A stretch of DNA of 64,000 nucleotides from Candidatus Methylacidiphilales bacterium (GTDB lineage Bacteria > Verrucomicrobiota > Verrucomicrobiia > Methylacidiphilales > UBA1321): contig JAJSLK010000047.1 in the NCBI GenBank assembly GCA_021272165.1, positions 39,379-103,378 on the forward strand, in the 5' to 3' direction. Within the stretch, counting starts at the first letter, position 1. Every line of letters starts with the position of its first letter. Below, in pieces: positions 61,452 through 64,000 of the stretch. The position numbers and the translations under genes are program-made. A model generated the notes under the pieces. That model made no database searches. It worked only from the letters and a program-made list of their open reading frames with translations, and was not told where the DNA came from.

Positions 61452-63410
61452 ATGGCAAAGATTTTAGGCATCGATTTGGGCACAACAAACTCCTGCATGG
61501 CCATCATGGAGAATGGCGAGCCGGTAGTTCTCGAAAATTCCGAAGGCGCGCGGACGACCCCGTCCATTGTCGCGTTCACCAAGAACGGTGAGCGCCTTGT
61601 CGGCCAGGCGGCCAAGCGCCAGGCGGTCACCAACTCCAAAAATACGATTTTTTCCGTCAAACGTTTCGTCGGTCGCAAATACGCGGAAGTTAAAAACGAA
61701 CTTTCCCGCGTTCCCTACAAGGTCGTCGAGGCCAAGAACGGCGACGCGGCCATCGAAGTGGAGGTGAAGGGCGAAAAGAAGACCTACTCGCCCGAGGAAG
61801 TCTCCTCGTTCATCCTGGCCAAGCTCAAGGCTGACGCCGAGTCGAAGCTCGGCGAGAAGATCACCCAGGCGGTCATCACCGTCCCGGCCTATTTCAACGA
61901 CAGCCAGCGCCACGCCACCAAGGACGCCGGGCGCATCGCGGGTCTTGAAGTGCTCCGCATCATCAACGAGCCGACCGCCGCCTCGCTCGCCTACGGCCTG
62001 GAAAAGAAGAAGGATGAGAAGATCGCCGTCTACGATTTGGGCGGCGGCACGTTCGACATCTCCGTCCTCGAAATCGGCGACGGCGTGTTCGAAGTCAAGG
62101 CCACCAACGGCGACACCCACCTCGGCGGCGACGACTGGGACAACGCCATTATGGACTGGCTCCTGGCCGATTTTAAATCTGAAACGGGAATCGACTTAAA
62201 AGGTCAGCCGGACGCGATCCAGCGTCTGAAAGAGGAATCGGAAAAGGCGAAGATCGCCCTTTCCTCCTCGCAGACCTACGAAATCAACCTGCCGTTCATC
62301 ACGGCGGACCAGACCGGGCCCAAGCACATCCGCAAGGACCTCACCCGGGCCAAGCTGGAACAACTGACCGAATCGCTCACCGAGCGGACGATCAAGCCGG
62401 TCACTGCCTGCCTCAACGACGCGAAACTCGCGGCTTCGCAGGTCGACGAACTCGTCCTCGTCGGCGGCATGACCCGCATGCCAAGGATCATCGAAACGGA
62501 GCGCAAGCTCGTCAACAAGGAGCCCCACAAGGGCGTCAACCCTGACGAAGTCGTCGCCGTCGGCGCGGCCATTCAGGGCGGTGTCCTCAAGGGCGACGTC
62601 AAGGACGTGCTTCTGCTCGATGTCACTCCGCTCACGCTGGCCATCGAGACGGCCGGTTCCGTCGCCACGCCGATGATCCCGCGCAACACGACGATCCCGA
62701 CCAAGAAAACCCAGACCTTTTCCACCTACTCGGACAACCAGCCGGGCGTTGAAATCAAGGTCCTGCAGGGCGAACGCCCGCTGGCTCGCGACAACAAGCA
62801 GCTCGGCACGTTCCACCTCGACGGCATCCCGCCCGCCCCGCGCGGCGTCCCGCAGATCGAGGTCACTTTCGACATCGACGCCAACGGCATCCTCCACGTC
62901 TCGGCCAAGGACCTTGGCACCGGCAAGGAGCAGAAGATCTCCATCACCGGATCGAGCGGCCTCTCCAAGGACGAGGTTGAAAAGATGACGAAGGAAGCCG
63001 AGGCCCACGCGGAAGAAGACCGCAAGGCCAAGGAAAAGATCGAGCTTCGCAACAATGCCGACTCGTCCGCCTACGCCGCGGAAAAGATGATCCGCGATCT
63101 CGGCGACAAGGTCGACGCGGCCAAGAAGACCGAGATCGAGGAGGAAGTGAAGAAGGTCAAGGACGCCCTGGCCAAGGACGACGCCGACGCCATTAAGGCG
63201 GCGGTCGAATCCCTCAACCAGAAAGTCCAGGCCATCTCCGCCGATCTCTACAAGCAGGCTTCCGCCGCCGGCGCCGGTCAGGCCGGGGCCGCGGGCGCGA
63301 CGGAGCCTCCGCCCGAGAAGGCCGACTTTACCCGTCCCGCCACGCCGAAGGACGACGTCGTCGACGCCGACTTCGAGATGGTCGACAAGGACGAAAAGAA
63401 AAAGAAATAA
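61452..63410 (+). CDS. dnaK: Chaperone DnaK
   Basis: [32 protein letters not shown] tail. Confidence 0.98.
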   Translation: MAKILGIDLGTTNSCMAIMENGEPVVLENSEGARTTPSIVAFTKNGERLVGQAAKRQAVTNSKNTIFSVKRFVGRKYAEVKNELSRVPYKVVEAKNGDAAIEVEVKGEKKTYSPEEVSSFILAKLKADAESKLGEKITQAVITVPAYFNDSQRHATKDAGRIAGLEVLRIINEPTAASLAYGLEKKKDEKIAVYDLGGGTFDISVLEIGDGVFEVKATNGDTHLGGDDWDNAIMDWLLADFKSETGIDLKGQPDAIQRLKEESEKAKIALSSSQTYEINLPFITADQTGPKHIRKDLTRAKLEQLTESLTERTIKPVTACLNDAKLAASQVDELVLVGGMTRMPRIIETERKLVNKEPHKGVNPDEVVAVGAAIQGGVLKGDVKDVLLLDVTPLTLAIETAGSVATPMIPRNTTIPTKKTQTFSTYSDNQPGVEIKVLQGERPLARDNKQLGTFHLDGIPPAPRGVPQIEVTFDIDANGILHVSAKDLGTGKEQKISITGSSGLSKDEVEKMTKEAEAHAEEDRKAKEKIELRNNADSSAYAAEKMIRDLGDKVDAAKKTEIEEEVKKVKDALAKDDADAIKAAVESLNQKVQAISADLYKQASAAGAGQAGAAGATEPPPEKADFTRPATPKDDVVDADFEMVDKDEKKKK

Positions 63411-63418
63411 CGCGAATA

Positions 63419-63464
63419 GCAACCCGGACTCTTTGAGGGCCCGGGTTGCCTCGTTTGATTTTTG
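63419..63464 (+). terminator. Probable intrinsic terminator after dnaK
   Basis: GCAACCCGG...CCGGGTTGC stem followed by a T-rich tract. Confidence 0.65.
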
Positions 63465-63494
63465 AGTAAATAGCCGGACAAACCAAAGGGAAAA

Positions 63495-63704
63495 ATGAGC
63501 GAAACCACCGCCGACGTACCCAGCAAGACGATCGACTCGATCAAGGAAAAGACGTACAACATCATCACCAAGGAAAAGAGCTACACGGCCAAGGCCTTTT
63601 CCATTGCCTGGACCGAAAATGGCCAGTTTGTCCTGCTCATGAACGGCGAGGAGACCCGCCACCTCATCGTGGCGGCGAACATGATCGCCGTGACCGAACA
63701 ATAA
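63495..63704 (+). CDS. Small hypothetical protein
   Basis: 69 aa, AAGGGA SD-like sequence, host-like codon usage. Confidence 0.65.
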   Translation: MSETTADVPSKTIDSIKEKTYNIITKEKSYTAKAFSIAWTENGQFVLLMNGEETRHLIVAANMIAVTEQ

Positions 63705-63723
63705 CGATTTTAACGCGACAATA

Positions 63724-63805
63724 GTCATCCCGGGCTTGTCGAGGGATCAGTTCAGTCCAGTCGGACTTCCGGCCGGATTGATCCCTCAGCCAGGCTTAGG
63801 ATGAT
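63724..63805. repeat. Degenerate inverted REP-like pair (same family as the gatAB repeats) with ~30-bp spacer
   Basis: GTCATCCCGGGCTTGTCGAGGGATCA ... TGATCCCTCAGCCAGGCTTAGGATGAT. Confidence 0.7.
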
Positions 63806-63844
63806 TTTATCAACAAAAAACAACACGAAAGGAGACAGAACAGT

Positions 63845-64000
63845 ATGGCAACCCCATCATTCCGTCCTCTCGGCGACCGGGTGCTCGTGCAGCCGATCGA
63901 GGAGGGCGAAGTCAAGAAGGGCGGAATCATCATCCCCGATACCGCCAAGGAAAAGCCGCAGGAGGCGAAAGTCGTCGCCATCGGCACTGGTAAAATCGAC
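63845..64000 (+). CDS. groES: Co-chaperonin GroES (5' part, truncated by window)
   Basis: AAGGAG SD; [10 protein letters not shown]...[15 protein letters not shown]. Confidence 0.95.
   Translation, partial: MATPSFRPLGDRVLVQPIEEGEVKKGGIIIPDTAKEKPQEAKVVAIGTGKID

Overview
High-GC bacterial chromosomal window, most likely Verrucomicrobiota (inferred from the PEP-CTERM protein, GYF_2/RDD proteins, TMTC-like TPR protein, dnaK-groES adjacency and the lpt-kdsA-pyrG-kdsB order). Most of it is housekeeping: bioA, argG, an hpnO-like aminotransferase, the lptBAC-kdsA-pyrG-kdsB-gmhB-hldA LPS operon, gatCAB, thiC with a TPP riboswitch, mbfA, pgm, parB, trxA, tRNA-Gly(CCC), msrBA, an emrAB/tetR efflux unit, folC, an Sdh1-type succinate dehydrogenase, dnaK and a partial groES. 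The best candidate for an undescribed system is an AraC-linked six-enzyme catabolic operon (52.3-60.5 kb): isomerase, PfkB kinase, an unannotated class I aldolase-like protein, aldehyde dehydrogenase, an APH-fold kinase interrupted by one in-frame TAG, and an enolase paralogue with substitutions in the C3-OH pocket. Other notable items are a low-GC gene that exactly fills the space between a 34-bp inverted REP-like pair inside gatAB, a ~890-aa disordered membrane-anchored protein next to parB carrying an array of T-x-x-[ILVM] motifs, a ~240-aa Pro-rich extension on LptB, many apparently leaderless promoters, a sigma54-like dnaK promoter and a tRNA-Gly with A73. All calls come from reading motifs by eye; no database searches were run.
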